This document shows positions 1 to 15,900 of a stretch of DNA of 64,000 bases, in pieces. Where the stretch lies: contig CM059438.1 in assembly GCA_030390025.1 (NCBI GenBank), positions 59,646,001-59,710,000 on the forward strand, given 5' to 3'. The stretch is from Squalus acanthias (taxonomy: Eukaryota). The position numbers and the translations under genes are program-made. Under the pieces are notes generated by a model, which saw only the letters and a list, made by a program, of their open reading frames with translations, made no database searches and was not told the DNA's origin. Each line of letters begins with the position of its first letter. Within the stretch, counting starts at the first letter, position 1.

Positions 1-3000
1 ACTGTCCCCGGCCCCAGTGAGTATCAAACTGTCCCCGGCCCCAGTGAGTATCAAACTGTCCCCGGCCCCAGTGAGTATCAAACTGTCCGCGGCCCCAGTG
101 AGTATCAAACTGTCCCGGGCCCCAGTGAGTCTCAAACTGTCCCGGCCCCAGTGAGGATCAAACTGTCCCCGGCAGGGCCCCAGTGAGAATCAAACTGTCC
201 CCGGCCCCAGTGAGGATCAAGCTGTCCCCGGCAGGGCCCCAGTGAGAATCAAACTGTCCCCGGCCCCAGTGAGTAACAAACTGTCCCCGGCCCCAGTGAG
301 AATCAAACTGTCCCGGCCCCAATGAGTTTCAAACTGTCCTCGGCCCCAGTGAGTATCAAACAGTCCCGGGCCCCAGTGAGTATCAAACTGTCCCCGGCCC
401 CAGTGAGTATCAAACAGTCCCGGGCCCCAGTGAGTATCAAACTGTCCCCGGCCCCAGTGAGTTTCAAACTGTCCCAGGACCCAGTGAGGATCAAACTGTC
501 CCCGGCCCCAGTGAGAATCAAACTGTCCCGGCCCCAGTGAGTATCAAACTGTCCCAGGCCCCAGTGAGGATCAAACTGTCCCAGGCCCCAGTGAGGATCA
601 AACTGTCCCGGGCCCCAGTGAGGATCAAACTGTCCCGGGCCCCAGTGAGGATCAAACTGTCCCCGGCCCCAGTGAGTATCAAACTGTCCCCGGCCCCAGT
701 GAGAATCAAACTGTCCCCGGCCCCAGTGAGTATCAAACTGTCTCAGGCCCCAGTGAGGATCAAACTGTCCCCGGCCATAGTGAGTATCAAACTGTACCGG
801 GCCTCAGTGAGTATCAAACTGTCCCCGGCCCCAGTGAGAATCAAATTGTCCCGGCCCCAGTGAGTATCAAACTGTCCCCGGCCCCAGTGAATATCAAACT
901 GTCCCATGCCGGACCCCAGTGAGTATCAAACTGTCCCAGGCCCCAGTGAGAATCAAACTGTCCCAGGCCCCAGTGAGTATCCATCTGTCCCCGGCCCCAG
1001 TGAGAATCAAACTGTCCCCGGCCCCAGTGAGTATCAAACTGTCCGCGGCCCCAGTGAGTATCAAACTGTCCCGGGCCCCAGTGAGTATCAAACTGTCCCC
1101 GGCCCCAGTGAGTATCAAACAGTCCCGGGCCCCAGTGAGTATCAAACTGTCCCCGGCCCCAGTGAGTTTCAAACTGTCCCAGGACCCAGTGAGGATCAAA
1201 CTGTCCCCGGCCCCAGTGAGAATCAAACTGTCCCGGCCCCAGTGAGTATCAAACTGTCCCAGGCCCCAGTGAGGATCAAACTGTCCCAGGCCCCAGTGAG
1301 GATCAAACTGTCCCGGGCCCCAGTGAGGATCAAACTGTCCCGGGCCCCAGTGAGGAGCAAACTGTCCCAGGCCCCTGTGAGCATCAAACTGTCCCAGGCC
1401 CCTGTGAGTATCAAACTGTCCCGGGCCCCAGTGAGGATCAAATTGTACTCGACCCCAGTGAGTATCAAACTGTCCCCGGCCCCAGTGAGTATCAAACAGT
1501 CCCGGGCCCCAGTGAGGATCAAACTGTCCCGGGCCCCAGTGAGAATCAAACTGTCCCCGGCCCCAGTGAGGATCAAACTGTCCCCGGCCTCAGTGAGGAT
1601 CAAACTGTCCCCGGCCCCAGTGAGTATCAAACTGTCCCCGGCCCCAGTGAGTATAAAACTGACCTCGGCCCCAGTGAGTATCAAACTGACCCCGGCCCCA
1701 GTGAGTATCAAACTGTCCCCGACCCCAGTGAATATCAAAATGTCCCAGGCCGGGCCCCAGTGAGTATCAAACCGTCCCCGGCCCCAGTGAGGATCAAACT
1801 GTCCCCGGCCTCAGTGAGGATCAAACTGTCCCGGGCCCCAGTGAGGATCAAACTGTCCCCGGCCCCAGTGAGGATCAAACTGTCCCCGGCACCAGTGAGG
1901 ATCAAACTGTCCCCGGCCCCAGTGAGTATCAAACTGTCCCCGGCCCCAGTGAGTATCAAACTGTCCCCGGCCCCAGTGAGGATCAAACTGTCCCCGGCCC
2001 CAGTGAGGATCAAACTGTCCCCGGCCCCAGTGAGTATCAAACTGTCCCCGGCCCCAGTGAGGATCAAACTGTCCCCGGCCCCAGTGAGTATCAAACTGTC
2101 CCCGGCCGGGCCCCAGTGAGTATCAAACTGTCCCCGGCCGGGCCCCAGTGAGTATCAAACTGTCCCCGGCCCCAGTGAGGATCAAACTGTCCCCGGCCCC
2201 AGAGAGTATCAAACTGTCCCCGGCCCCAGTGAGTATCAAACTGTCCCCGGCCCCAGTGAGAATCAAACTGTCCCCGGCCCCAGTGAGGATCAAACTGACC
2301 CCGGCCGGGCCCCAGTGAGGATCAAACTGACCCCGGCCGGGCCCCAGTGAGGATCAAACTGTCCCCGGCCGGGCCCCAGTGAGTATCAAACTGTCCCCGG
2401 CCGGGCCCCAGTGAGTATCAAACTGTCCCGGGCCCCAGTGATGATCAAACTGTCCCCGGCCGGGCCCCAGTGAGTATCAAACTGTCCCCGGCCCCAGTGA
2501 GTATCAAACTGTCCCAGGCCCCAGTGAGTATCAAACTGTCCCCGGCCCCAGTGAGTATCAAACTGTCCGCGGCCCCAGTGAGTATCAAACTGTCCCGGGC
2601 CCCAGTGAGTCTCAAACTGTCCCGGCCCCAGTGAGGATCAAACTGTCCCCGGCAGGGCCCCAGTGAGAATCAAACTGTCCCCGGCCCCAGTGAGGATCAA
2701 GCTGTCCCCGGCAGGGCCCCAGTGAGAATCAAACTGTCCCCGGCCCCAGTGAGTAACAAACTGTCCCCGGCCCCAGTGAGATTCAAACTGTCCCGGCCCC
2801 AATGAGTTTCAAACTGTCCCCGGCCCCAGTGAGTATCAAACAGTCCCGGGCCCCAGTGAGTATCAAACTGTCCCCGGCCCCAGTGAGTATCAAACAGTCC
2901 CGGGCCCCAGTGAGTATCAAACTGTCCCCGGCCCCAGTGAGTTTCAAACTGTCCCAGGACCCAGTGAGGATCAAACTGTCCCCGGCCCCAGTGAGAATCA

Positions 3001-3768
3001 AACTGTCCCGGCCCCAGTGAGTATCAAACTGTCCCAGGCCCCAGTGAGGATCAAACTGTCCCAGGCCCCAGTGAGGATCAAACTGTCCCGGGCCCCAGTG
3101 AGGATCAAACTGTCCCGGGCCCCAGTGAGGAGCAAACTGTCCCAGGCCCCTGTGAGCATCAAACTGTCCCAGGCCCCTGTGAGTATCAAACTGTCCCGGG
3201 CCCCAGTGAGGATCAAATTGTACTCGACCCCAGTGAGTATCAAACTGTCCCCGGCCCCAGTGAGTATCAAACAGTCCCGGGCCCCAGTGAGGATCAAACT
3301 GTCCCGGGCCCCAGTGAGAATCAAACTGTCCCCGGCCCCAGTGAGGATCAAACTGTCCCCGGCCTCAGTGAGGATCAAACTGTCCCCGGCCCCAGTGAGT
3401 ATCAAACTGTCCCCGGCCCCAGTGAGTATAAAACTGACCTCGGCCCCAGTGAGTATCAAACTGACCCCGGCCCCAGTGAGTATCAAACTGTCCCCGACCC
3501 CAGTGAATATCAAAATGTCCCAGGCCGGGCCCCAGTGAGTATCAAACCGTCCCCGGCCCCAGTGAGGATCAAACTGTCCCCGGCCTCAGTGAGGATCAAA
3601 CTGTCCCGGGCCCCAGTGAGGATCAAACTGTCCCCGGCCCCAGTGAGGATCAAACTGTCCCCGGCACCAGTGAGGATCAAACTGTCCCCGGCCCCAGTGA
3701 GTATCAAACTGTCCCCGGCCCCAGTGAGTATCAAACTGTCCCCGGCCCCAGTGAGGATCAAACTGTCC
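1..3768. repeat. 27-bp GC-rich minisatellite, consensus CCCCAGTGAGTATCAAACTGTCCCCGG, roughly 135-140 units, with 26-bp and 32-bp length variants
   Basis: Tandem unit is directly visible. Variants include GAGTATC/GAGGATC/GAGAATC, CCCCGG/CCCAGG/CCCGGG and a +5-bp GGCCGGGCCCC form. The array is cut by the window start and by the gap. Confidence 0.98.
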
Positions 3769-3968
3769 NNNNNNNNNNNNNNNNNNNNNNNNNNNNNNNN
3801 NNNNNNNNNNNNNNNNNNNNNNNNNNNNNNNNNNNNNNNNNNNNNNNNNNNNNNNNNNNNNNNNNNNNNNNNNNNNNNNNNNNNNNNNNNNNNNNNNNNN
3901 NNNNNNNNNNNNNNNNNNNNNNNNNNNNNNNNNNNNNNNNNNNNNNNNNNNNNNNNNNNNNNNNNNNN
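3769..3968. other. Assembly gap, 200 N
   Basis: Run of exactly 200 Ns. The round length suggests a placeholder scaffolding gap of unknown true size. Confidence 0.99.
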
Positions 3969-6900
3969 ACACTGACTGGAATATTAATCACACACTGACT
4001 GGAATATTAATCACACACTGACTGGAATATTAATCACACACTGACAGGAATATTAATCACAACTGACAGGAATATTAATCACACTGGAATATTAATCACC
4101 ACACTGAGGAATATTAATCACACTGACTGAATATTAATCACACCTGACTGAATATTAATCACACACTGACTGGAATATTAATCACACTGGAAGATTAATC
4201 ACACACTGACTGGAATATTAATCACACACTGACAGGAATATTAATCACACACTGACAGGAATATTAATCACCACTGACTGGAATATTAATCAACACTGAC
4301 GGAATATTAAGCACACACTGACTGGATATTAATCACACACTGACTGGAATATTAATCACACACTGCTGAATATTAATCACACACTGACTGGAATATAAAT
4401 CACACACTGACTGGAATATTAATCACACTGACAGGAATATTAATCACACACTGACAGGAATATTAATCATCACACATGACTGGAATATTAATCACACCAC
4501 TGACAGAATATTAATCCACACATGACTGGAATATTATCACACACTGACTGAATATTAATCACACACTGACTGGAATATTAATCACCACTGGAGATATTAA
4601 TCACACACTGACTGAATATTAATCACACACTGACTGGAATATTAATCACACACTGACTGGAATATTAATCACACACTGACTGGAATATTAATCACACACT
4701 GACTGGAATATTAATCACACACTGACAGGAATATTAATCACACACTGACAGGAATATTAATCACACACTGACTGGAATATTAATCACACACTGACTGGAA
4801 TATTAATCACACACTGGAATATTAATCACACTGGAATATTAATCACACACTGACTGGAATATTAATCACACACTGACTGATATTAATCACACACTGACTG
4901 GAATATTAATCACACACTGACAGGAATATTAATCACACACTGACTGGAATATTAATCACACACTGACTGGAATATTAATCACACACTGACTGGAATATTA
5001 ATCACACACTGACTGGAATATTAATCACACACTGACTGGAATATTAATCACACACTGACTGGAATATTAATCACACACTGACTGGAATATTAATCACACA
5101 CTGACTGGAATATTAATCACACACTGACTGGAATATTAATCACACACTGACAGGAATATTAATCACACACTGACAGGAATATTAATCACACACTGACTGG
5201 AATATTAATCACACACTGACTGGAATATTAATCACACACTGACTGGAATATTAATCACACACTGACTGGAATATTAATCACACACTGACTGGAATATTAA
5301 TCACACACTGACTGGAATATTAATCACACACTGACTGGAATATTAATCACACACTGACTGGAATATTAATCACACACTGACTGGAATATTAATCACACAC
5401 TGACTGGAATATTAATCACACACTGACTGGAATATTAATCACACACTGACTGGAATATTAATCACACACTGACTGGAATATTAATCACACACTGACTGGA
5501 ATATTAATCACACACTGACTGGAATATTAATCACACACTGACTGGAATATTAATCACACACTGACTGGAATATTAATCACACACTGACTGGAATATTAAT
5601 CACACACTGACTGGAATATTAATCACACACTGACTGGAATATTAATACCACACTGACTGGAATATTAATCACACACTGACTGGAACTATTAATCACACAC
5701 TGACTGGAATATTAATCCACACTGTCAGAATATTAATCACACACTGAAGGAATATTAATCACACACTGACTGGAATATTAATCACACACTGACTGGAATA
5801 TTAATCACACACTGACTGGAATATTAATACACACTGACTGGAATATAATCACACACTGACTGGAATATTACTCACACACTGACTGGAATATTAATCACAC
5901 ACTGACAGGAATATTAATCACACACTGACTGGAATATTAATCACACACTGACTGGAATATTAATCACACACTGACTGGAATATTAATCACACACTGACAG
6001 GAATATTAATCACACACTGACGGAATATTAATCACCACTGAGAATATTAATCACACACTGACTGGAATATTAATCACACACTGACTGGAATATTAATCAC
6101 ACACTGACTGGAATATTAATCACACACTGACAGGAATATTAATCACACACTGACAGGAATATTAATCACACACTGACAGGAATATTAATCACACATGACT
6201 GGAATATTAATCACACACTGACTGGAATATTAATCACACACTGACTGGAATATTAATCACACACTGACAGGAATATTAATCACACACTGACAGGAATATT
6301 AATCACACACTGACTGGAATATTAATCACACACTGACTGGAATATTAATCACACACTGACTGGAATATTAATCACACACTGACTGGAATATTAATCACAC
6401 ACTGACAGGAATATTAATCACACACTGACTGGAATATTAATCACACACTGACTGGAATATTAATCACACACTGACTGGAATATTAATCACACACTGACTG
6501 GAATATTAATCACACACTGACAGGAATATTAATCACACTGGAATATTAATCACACACTGACTGGAATATTAATCACACACTGACAGGAATATTAATCACA
6601 CACTGACTGGAATATTAATCACACACTGACAGGAATATTAATCACACACTGACTGGAATATTAATCACACACTGACTGGAATATTAATCACACACTGACA
6701 GGAATATTAATCACACACTGACTGGAATATTAATCACACACTGCTGAATATTAATCACACACTGACTGGAATATTAATCACACACTGACTGGAATATTAA
6801 TCACACACTGACTGGAATATTAATCACACACTGACTGGAATATTAATCACACACTGACTGGAATATTAATCACACACTGACTGGAATATTAATCACACAC

Positions 6901-9900
6901 TGACTGGAATATTAATCACACACTGACTGGAATATTAATCACACACTGACTGGAATATTAATCACACACTGACTGGAATATTAATCACACACTGACTGGA
7001 ATATTAATCACACTGGAATATTAATCACACACTGACTGGAATATTAATCACACACTGACAGGAATATTAATCACACACTGACAGGAATATTAATCACACA
7101 CTGACTGGAATATTAATCACACACTGACTGGAATATTAATCACACACTGACTGGAATATTAATCACACACTGACTGGAATATTAATCACACACTGACTGG
7201 AATATTAATCACACTGGAATATTAATCACACACTGACTGGAATATTAATCACACACTGACGGAATATTAATCACACACTGACTGGAATATTAATCACACT
7301 GACTGGAATATTAATCACACACTGACTGGAATATTAATCACACACTGACTGGAATATTAATCACACACTGACTGGAATATTAATCACACACTGACTGGAA
7401 TATTAATCACACACTGACTGGAATATTAATCACACACTGACTGGAATATTAATCACACACTGACAGGAATATTAATCACACTGACGGAATATTAATCACA
7501 CACTGACAGGAATATTAATCACACCTGACAGAATATTAATCACACACTGACTGGAATATTAATCACACACTGACTGGAATATTAATCACACACTGACTGG
7601 AATATTAATCACACACTGACTGGAATATTAATCACACACTGACTGGAATATTAATCACACACTGACAGGAATATTAATCACACACTGACTGGAATATTAA
7701 TCACACACTGACAGGAATATTAATCACACACTGACTGGAATATTAATCACACACTGACTGGAATATTAATCACACACTGACTGGAATATTAATCACACAC
7801 TGACTGGAATATTAATCACACACTGACTGGAATATTAATCACACACTGACTGGAATATTAATCACACACTGACAGGAATATTAATCACACACTGACAGGA
7901 ATATTAATCACACACTGGAATATTAATCACACACTGACTGGAATATTAATCACACACTGACTGGAATATTAATCACACACTGACTGGAATATTAATCACA
8001 CACTGACAGGAATATTAATCACACACTGACTGGAATATTAATCACACACTGACTGAATATTAATCACACACTGACTGGAATATTAATCACACACTGACTG
8101 GAATATTAATCACACACTGACTGGAATATTAATCACACACTGACTGGAATATTAATCACACACTGACAGGAATATTAATCACACACTGACTGGAATATTA
8201 ATCACACACTGACAGGAATATTAATCACACACTGACTGGAATATTAATCACACACTGACTGGAATATTAATCACACACTGACTGGAATATTAATCACACA
8301 CTGACTGGAATATTAATCACACACTGACTGGAATATAATCACACACTGACTGGAATATTAATCACACACTGACTGGAATATTAATCACACACTGACTGGA
8401 ATATTAATCACACACTGACTGGAATATTAATCACACACTGACTGGAATATTAATCACACACTGACTGGAATATTAATCACACACTGACTGGAATATTAAT
8501 CACACACTGACTGGAATATTAATCACACACTGACTGGAATATTAATCACACACTGACTGGAATATTAATCACACACTGACTGGAATATTAATCACACACT
8601 GACTGGAATATTAATCACACACTGACAGGAATATTAATCACACACTGACTGGAATATTAATCACACACTGACTGGAATATTAATCACACACTGACAGGAA
8701 TATTAATCACACACTGACAGGAATATTAATCACACACTGACTGGAATATTAATCACACACTGACTGGAATATTAATCACACACTGACTGGAATATTAATC
8801 ACACACTGGAATATTAATCACACACTGACAGGAATATTAATCACACACTGACTGGAATATTAATCACACACTGACTGGAATATTAATCACACACTGACTG
8901 GAATATTAATCACACACTGACTGGAATATTAATCACACACTGACTGGAATATTAATCACACACTGACTGGAATATTAATCACACACTGACTGGAATATTA
9001 ATCACACACTGACTGGAATATTAATCACACACTGACTGGAATATTAATCACACACTGACTGGAATATTAATCACACACTGACTGGAATATTAATCACACA
9101 CTGACTGGAATATTAATCACACACTGACTGGAATATTAATCACACACTGACTGGAATATTAATCACACACTGACTGGAATATTAATCACACACTGACTGG
9201 AATATTAATCACACTGACAGGAATATTAATCACACACTGACTGGAATATTAATCACACACTGACTGGAATATTAATCACACCGACTGGAATATTAATCAC
9301 ACACTGACTGGAATATTAATCACACACTGACTGGAATATTAATCACACACTGACTGGAATATTAATCACACACTGACTGGAATATTAATCACACACTGAC
9401 TGGAATATTAATCACACACTGACTGGAATATTAATCACACACTGACTGGAATATTAATCACACACTGACTGGAATATTAATCACACACTGACTGGAATAT
9501 TAATCACACACTGACTGGAATATTAATCACACTGACTGGAATATTAATCACACACTGACTGGAATATTAATCACACACTGACAGGAATATTAATCACACA
9601 CTGACTGGAATATTAATCACACACTGACTGGAATATTAATCACACACTGACTGGAATATTAATCACACACTGACTGGAATATTAATCACACACTGACTGG
9701 AATATTAATCACACACTGACTGGAATATTAATCACACACTGACTGGAATATTAATCACACACTGACAGGAATATTAATCACACACTGACAGGAATATTAA
9801 TCACACACTGACTGGAATATTAATCACACACTGACTGGAATATTAATCACACACTGACTGGAATATTAATCACACACTGACTGGAATATTAATCACACAC

Positions 9901-12900
9901 TGACTGGAATATTAATCACACACTGACTGGAATATTAATCACACACTGACTGGAATATTAATCACACACTGACAGGAATATTAATCACACACTGACTGGA
10001 ATATTAATCACACACTGACTGGAATATTAATCACACACTGACTGGAATATTAATCACACACTGACTGGAATATTAATCACACACTGACTGGAATATTAAT
10101 CACACACTGACTGGAATATTAATCACACACTGACAGGAATATTAATCACACACTGACTGGAATATTAATCACACACTGACTGGAATATTAATCACACACT
10201 GACTGGAATATTAATCACACACTGACTGGAATATTAATCACACACTGACTGGAATATTAATCACACACTGACTGGAATATTAATCACACTGACTGGAATA
10301 TTAATCACACACTGACTGGAATATTAATCACACACTGACTGGAATATTAATCACACACTGACTGGAATATTAATCACACACTGACTGGAATATTAATCAC
10401 ACACTGACTGGAATATTAATCACACACTGACTGGAATATTAATCACACACACTGGAATATTAATCACACACTGACTGGAATATTAATCACACACTGACTG
10501 GAATATTAATCACACACTGACTGGAATATTAATCACACACTGACTGGAATATTAATCACACACTGACTGGAATATTAATCACACACTGACAGGAATATTA
10601 ATCACACTGACTGGAATATTAATCACACACTGACTGGAATATTAATCACACACTGACTGGAATATTAATCACACACTGACTGGAATATTAATCACACACT
10701 GACTGGAATATTAATCACACACTGACTGGAATATTAATCACACACTGACTGGAATATTAATCACACACTGACTGGAATATTAATCACACACTGACTGGAA
10801 TATTAATCACACACTGACTGGAATATTAATCACACACTGACTGGAATATTAATCACACACTGACTGGAATATTAATCACACACTGACTGGAATATTAATC
10901 ACACACTGACTGGAATATTAATCACACACTGACTGGAATATTAATCACACACTGACTGGAATATTAATCACACACTGACTGGAATATTAATCACACACTG
11001 ACTGGAATATTAATCACACACTGACTGGAATATTAATCACACACTGACTGGAATATTAATCACACACTGACTGGAATATTAATCACACACTGACTGGAAT
11101 ATTAATCACACACTGACTGGAATATTAATCACACACTGACTGGAATATTAATCACACACTGACAGGAATATTAATCACACACTGACTGGAATATTAATCA
11201 CACACTGACTGGAATATTAATCACACACTGACTGGAATATTAATCACACACTGACTGGAATATTAATCACACACTGACTGGAATATTAATCACACACTGA
11301 CTGGAATATTAATCACACACTGACTGGAATATTAATCACACACTGACTGGAATATTAATCACACACTGACTGGAATATTAATCACACACTGACTGGAATA
11401 TTAATCACACACTGACTGGAATATTAATCACACACTGACAGGAATATTAATCACACACTGACTGGAATATTAATCACACACTGACTGGAATATTAATCAC
11501 ACACTGGAATATTAATCACACACTGACTGGAATATTAATCACACACTGACTGGAATATTAATCACACACTGACTGGAATATTAATCACACACTGACTGGA
11601 ATATTAATCACACACTGACTGGAATATTAATCACACACTGACTGGAATATTAATCACACACTGACAGGATATTAATCACACACTGACTGGAATATTAATC
11701 ACACACTGACGAATATTAATCACACACTGACTGGAATATTAATCACACACTGACTGGAATATTAATCACACACTGACTGGAATATTAATCACACACTGAC
11801 TGGAATATTAATCACACACTGACTGGAATATTAATCACACACTGACTGGAATATTAATCACACACTGACTGGAATATTAATCACACACTGACTGGAATAT
11901 TAATCACACACTGACTGGAATATTAATCACACACTGACTGGAATATTAATCACACACTGACTGGAATATTAATCACACACTGACTGGAATATTAATCACA
12001 CACTGACTGGAATATTAATCACACACTGACTGGAATATTAATCACACACTGACTGGAATATTAATCACACACTGACTGGAATATTAATCACACACTGACT
12101 GGAATATTAATCACACACTGACTGGAATATTAATCACACACTGACTGGAATATTAATCACACACTGACTGGAATATTAATCACACACTGACTGGAATATT
12201 AATCACACACTGACTGGAATATTAATCACACACTGACTGGAATATTAATCACACACTGACTGGAATATTAATCACACACTGACTGGAATATTAATCACAC
12301 ACTGACTGGAATATTAATCACACACTGACTGGAATATTAATCACACACTGACTGGAATATTAATCACACACTGACTGGAATATTAATCACACACTGACAG
12401 GAATATTAATCACACACTGACAGGAATATTAATCACACACTGACTGGAATATTAATCACACACTGACTGGAATATTAATCACACACTGACTGGAATATTA
12501 ATCACACACTGACTGGAATATTAATCACACACTGACAGGAATATTAATCACACACTGACTGGAATATTAATCACACACTGACTGGAATATTAATCACACA
12601 CTGACTGGAATATTAATCACACACTGACTGGAATATTAATCACACACTGACTGGAATATTAATCACACACTGACTGGAATATTAATCACACACTGACTGG
12701 AATATTAATCACACACTGACTGGAATATTAATCACACACTGACTGGAATATTAATCACACACTGACTGGAATATTAATCACACACTGACTGGAATATTAA
12801 TCACACACTGACTGGAATATTAATCACACACTGACTGGAATATTAATCACACACTGACTGGAATATTAATCACACACTGACTGGAATATTAATCACACAC

Positions 12901-15900
12901 TGACTGGAATATTAATCACACACTGACTGGAATATTAATCACACACTGACTGGAATATTAATCACACACTGACTGGAATATTAATCACACACTGACAGGA
13001 ATATTAATCACACACTGACAGGAATATTAATCACACACTGACTGGAATATTAATCACACACTGACTGGAATATTAATCACACACTGACTGGAATATTAAT
13101 CACACACTGACTGGAATATTAATCACACACTGACTGGAATATTAATCACACACTGACTGGAATATTAATCACACACTGACTGGAATATTAATCACACACT
13201 GACTGGAATATTAATCACACACTGACTGGAATATTAATCACACACTGACTGGAATATTAATCACACACTGACTGGAATATTAATCACACACTGACTGGAA
13301 TATTAATCACACACTGACTGGAATATTAATCACACACTGACTGGAATATTAATCACACACTGACTGGAATATTAATCACACACTGACTGGAATATTAATC
13401 ACACACTGACTGGAATATTAATCACACACTGACTGGAATATTAATCACACACTGACTGGAATATTAATCACACACTGACTGGAATATTAATCACACACTG
13501 ACAGGAATATTAATCACACACTGACTGGAATATTAATCACACACTGACTGGAATATTAATCACACACTGACTGGAATATTAATCACACACTGACTGGAAT
13601 ATTAATCACACACTGACTGGAATATTAATCACACACTGACTGGAATATTAATCACACACTGACTGGAATATTAATCACACTGACTGGAATATTAATCACA
13701 CACTGACTGGAATATTAATCACACACTGACTGGAATATTAATCACACACTGACTGGAATATTAATCACACACTGACTGGAATATTAATCACACACTGACT
13801 GGAATATTAATCACACACTGACTGGAATATTAATCACACACTGACTGGAATATTAATCACACACTGACTGGAATATTAATCACACACTGACTGGAATATT
13901 AATCACACACTGACTGGAATATTAATCACACACTGACTGGAATATTAATCACACACTGACTGGAATATTAATCACACACTGACTGGAATATTAATCACAC
14001 ACTGACTGGAATATTAATCACACACTGACTGGAATATTAATCACACACTGACTGGAATATTAATCACACACTGACTGGAATATTAATCACACACTGACTG
14101 GAATATTAATCACACACTGGAATATTAATCACACACTGACTGGAATATTAATCACACACTGACTGGAATATTAATCACACACTGACTGGAATATTAATCA
14201 CACACTGACTGGAATATTAATCACACACTGACTGGAATATTAATCACACACTGACAGGAATATTAATCACACACTGACTGGAATATTAATCACACACTGA
14301 CTGGAATATTAATCACACACTGACTGGAATATTAATCACACACTGACTGGAATATTAATCACACACTGACTGGAATATTAATCACACACTGACAGGAATA
14401 TTAATCACACACTGACTGGAATATTAATCACACACTGACTGGAATATTAATCACACACTGACTGGAATATTAATCACACACTGACTGGAATATTAATCAC
14501 ACACTGACTGGAATATTAATCACACACTGACTGGAATATTAATCACACACTGACTGGAATATTAATCACACACTGACTGGAATATTAATCACACACTGAC
14601 TGGAATATTAATCACACACTGACTGGAATATTAATCACACACTGACTGGAATATTAATCACACACTGACAGGAATATTAATCACACACTGACTGGAATAT
14701 TAATCACACACTGACTGGAATATTAATCACACACTGACTGGAATATTAATCACACACTGACTGGAATATTAATCACACACTGACTGGAATATTAATCACA
14801 CACTGACAGGAATATTAATCACACACTGACTGGAATATTAATCACACACTGACTGGAATATTAATCACACACTGACTGGAATATTAATCACACACTGACT
14901 GGAATATTAATCACACACTGACTGGAATATTAATCACACACTGACTGGAATATTAATCACACACTGACTGGAATATTAATCACACACTGACTGGAATATT
15001 AATCACACACTGACTGGAATATTAATCACACACTGACTGGAATATTAATCACACACTGACTGGAATATTAATCACACACTGACTGGAATATTAATCACAC
15101 ACTGACTGGAATATTAATCACACACTGACTGGAATATTAATCACACACTGACTGGAATATTAATCACACACTGACTGGAATATTAATCACACACTGACTG
15201 GAATATTAATCACACACTGACTGGAATATTAATCACACACTGACTGGAATATTAATCACACACTGACTGGAATATTAATCACACACTGACTGGAATATTA
15301 ATCACACACTGACTGGAATATTAATCACACACTGACTGGAATATTAATCACACACTGACTGGAATATTAATCACACACTGACTGGAATATTAATCACACA
15401 CTGACTGGAATATTAATCACACACTGACTGGAATATTAATCACACACTGACTGGAATATTAATCACACACTGACTGGAATATTAATCACACACTGACAGG
15501 AATATTAATCACACACTGACTGGAATATTAATCACACACTGACTGGAATATTAATCACACACTGACTGGAATATTAATCACACACTGACTGGAATATTAA
15601 TCACACACTGACTGGAATATTAATCACACACTGACTGAATATTAATCACACACTGACTGGAATATTAATCACACACTGACTGGAATATTAATCACACACT
15701 GACTGGAATATTAATCACACACTGACTGGAATATTAATCACACACTGACTGGAATATTAATCACACACTGACAGGAATATTAATCACACACTGACAGGAA
15801 TATTAATCACACACTGACTGGAATATTAATCACACACTGACAGGAATATTAATCACACACTGACTGGAATATTAATCACACACTGACTGGAATATTAATC

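Noticed and set aside
303..3991. ORFs with LILTGAGDS / IKLSPAPVS / PGPSEYQTV repeats
   Set aside because: By-products of a 27-bp unit divisible by 3. They are open on both strands, broken by frequent -1 and +5 indels, and some run through Ns.
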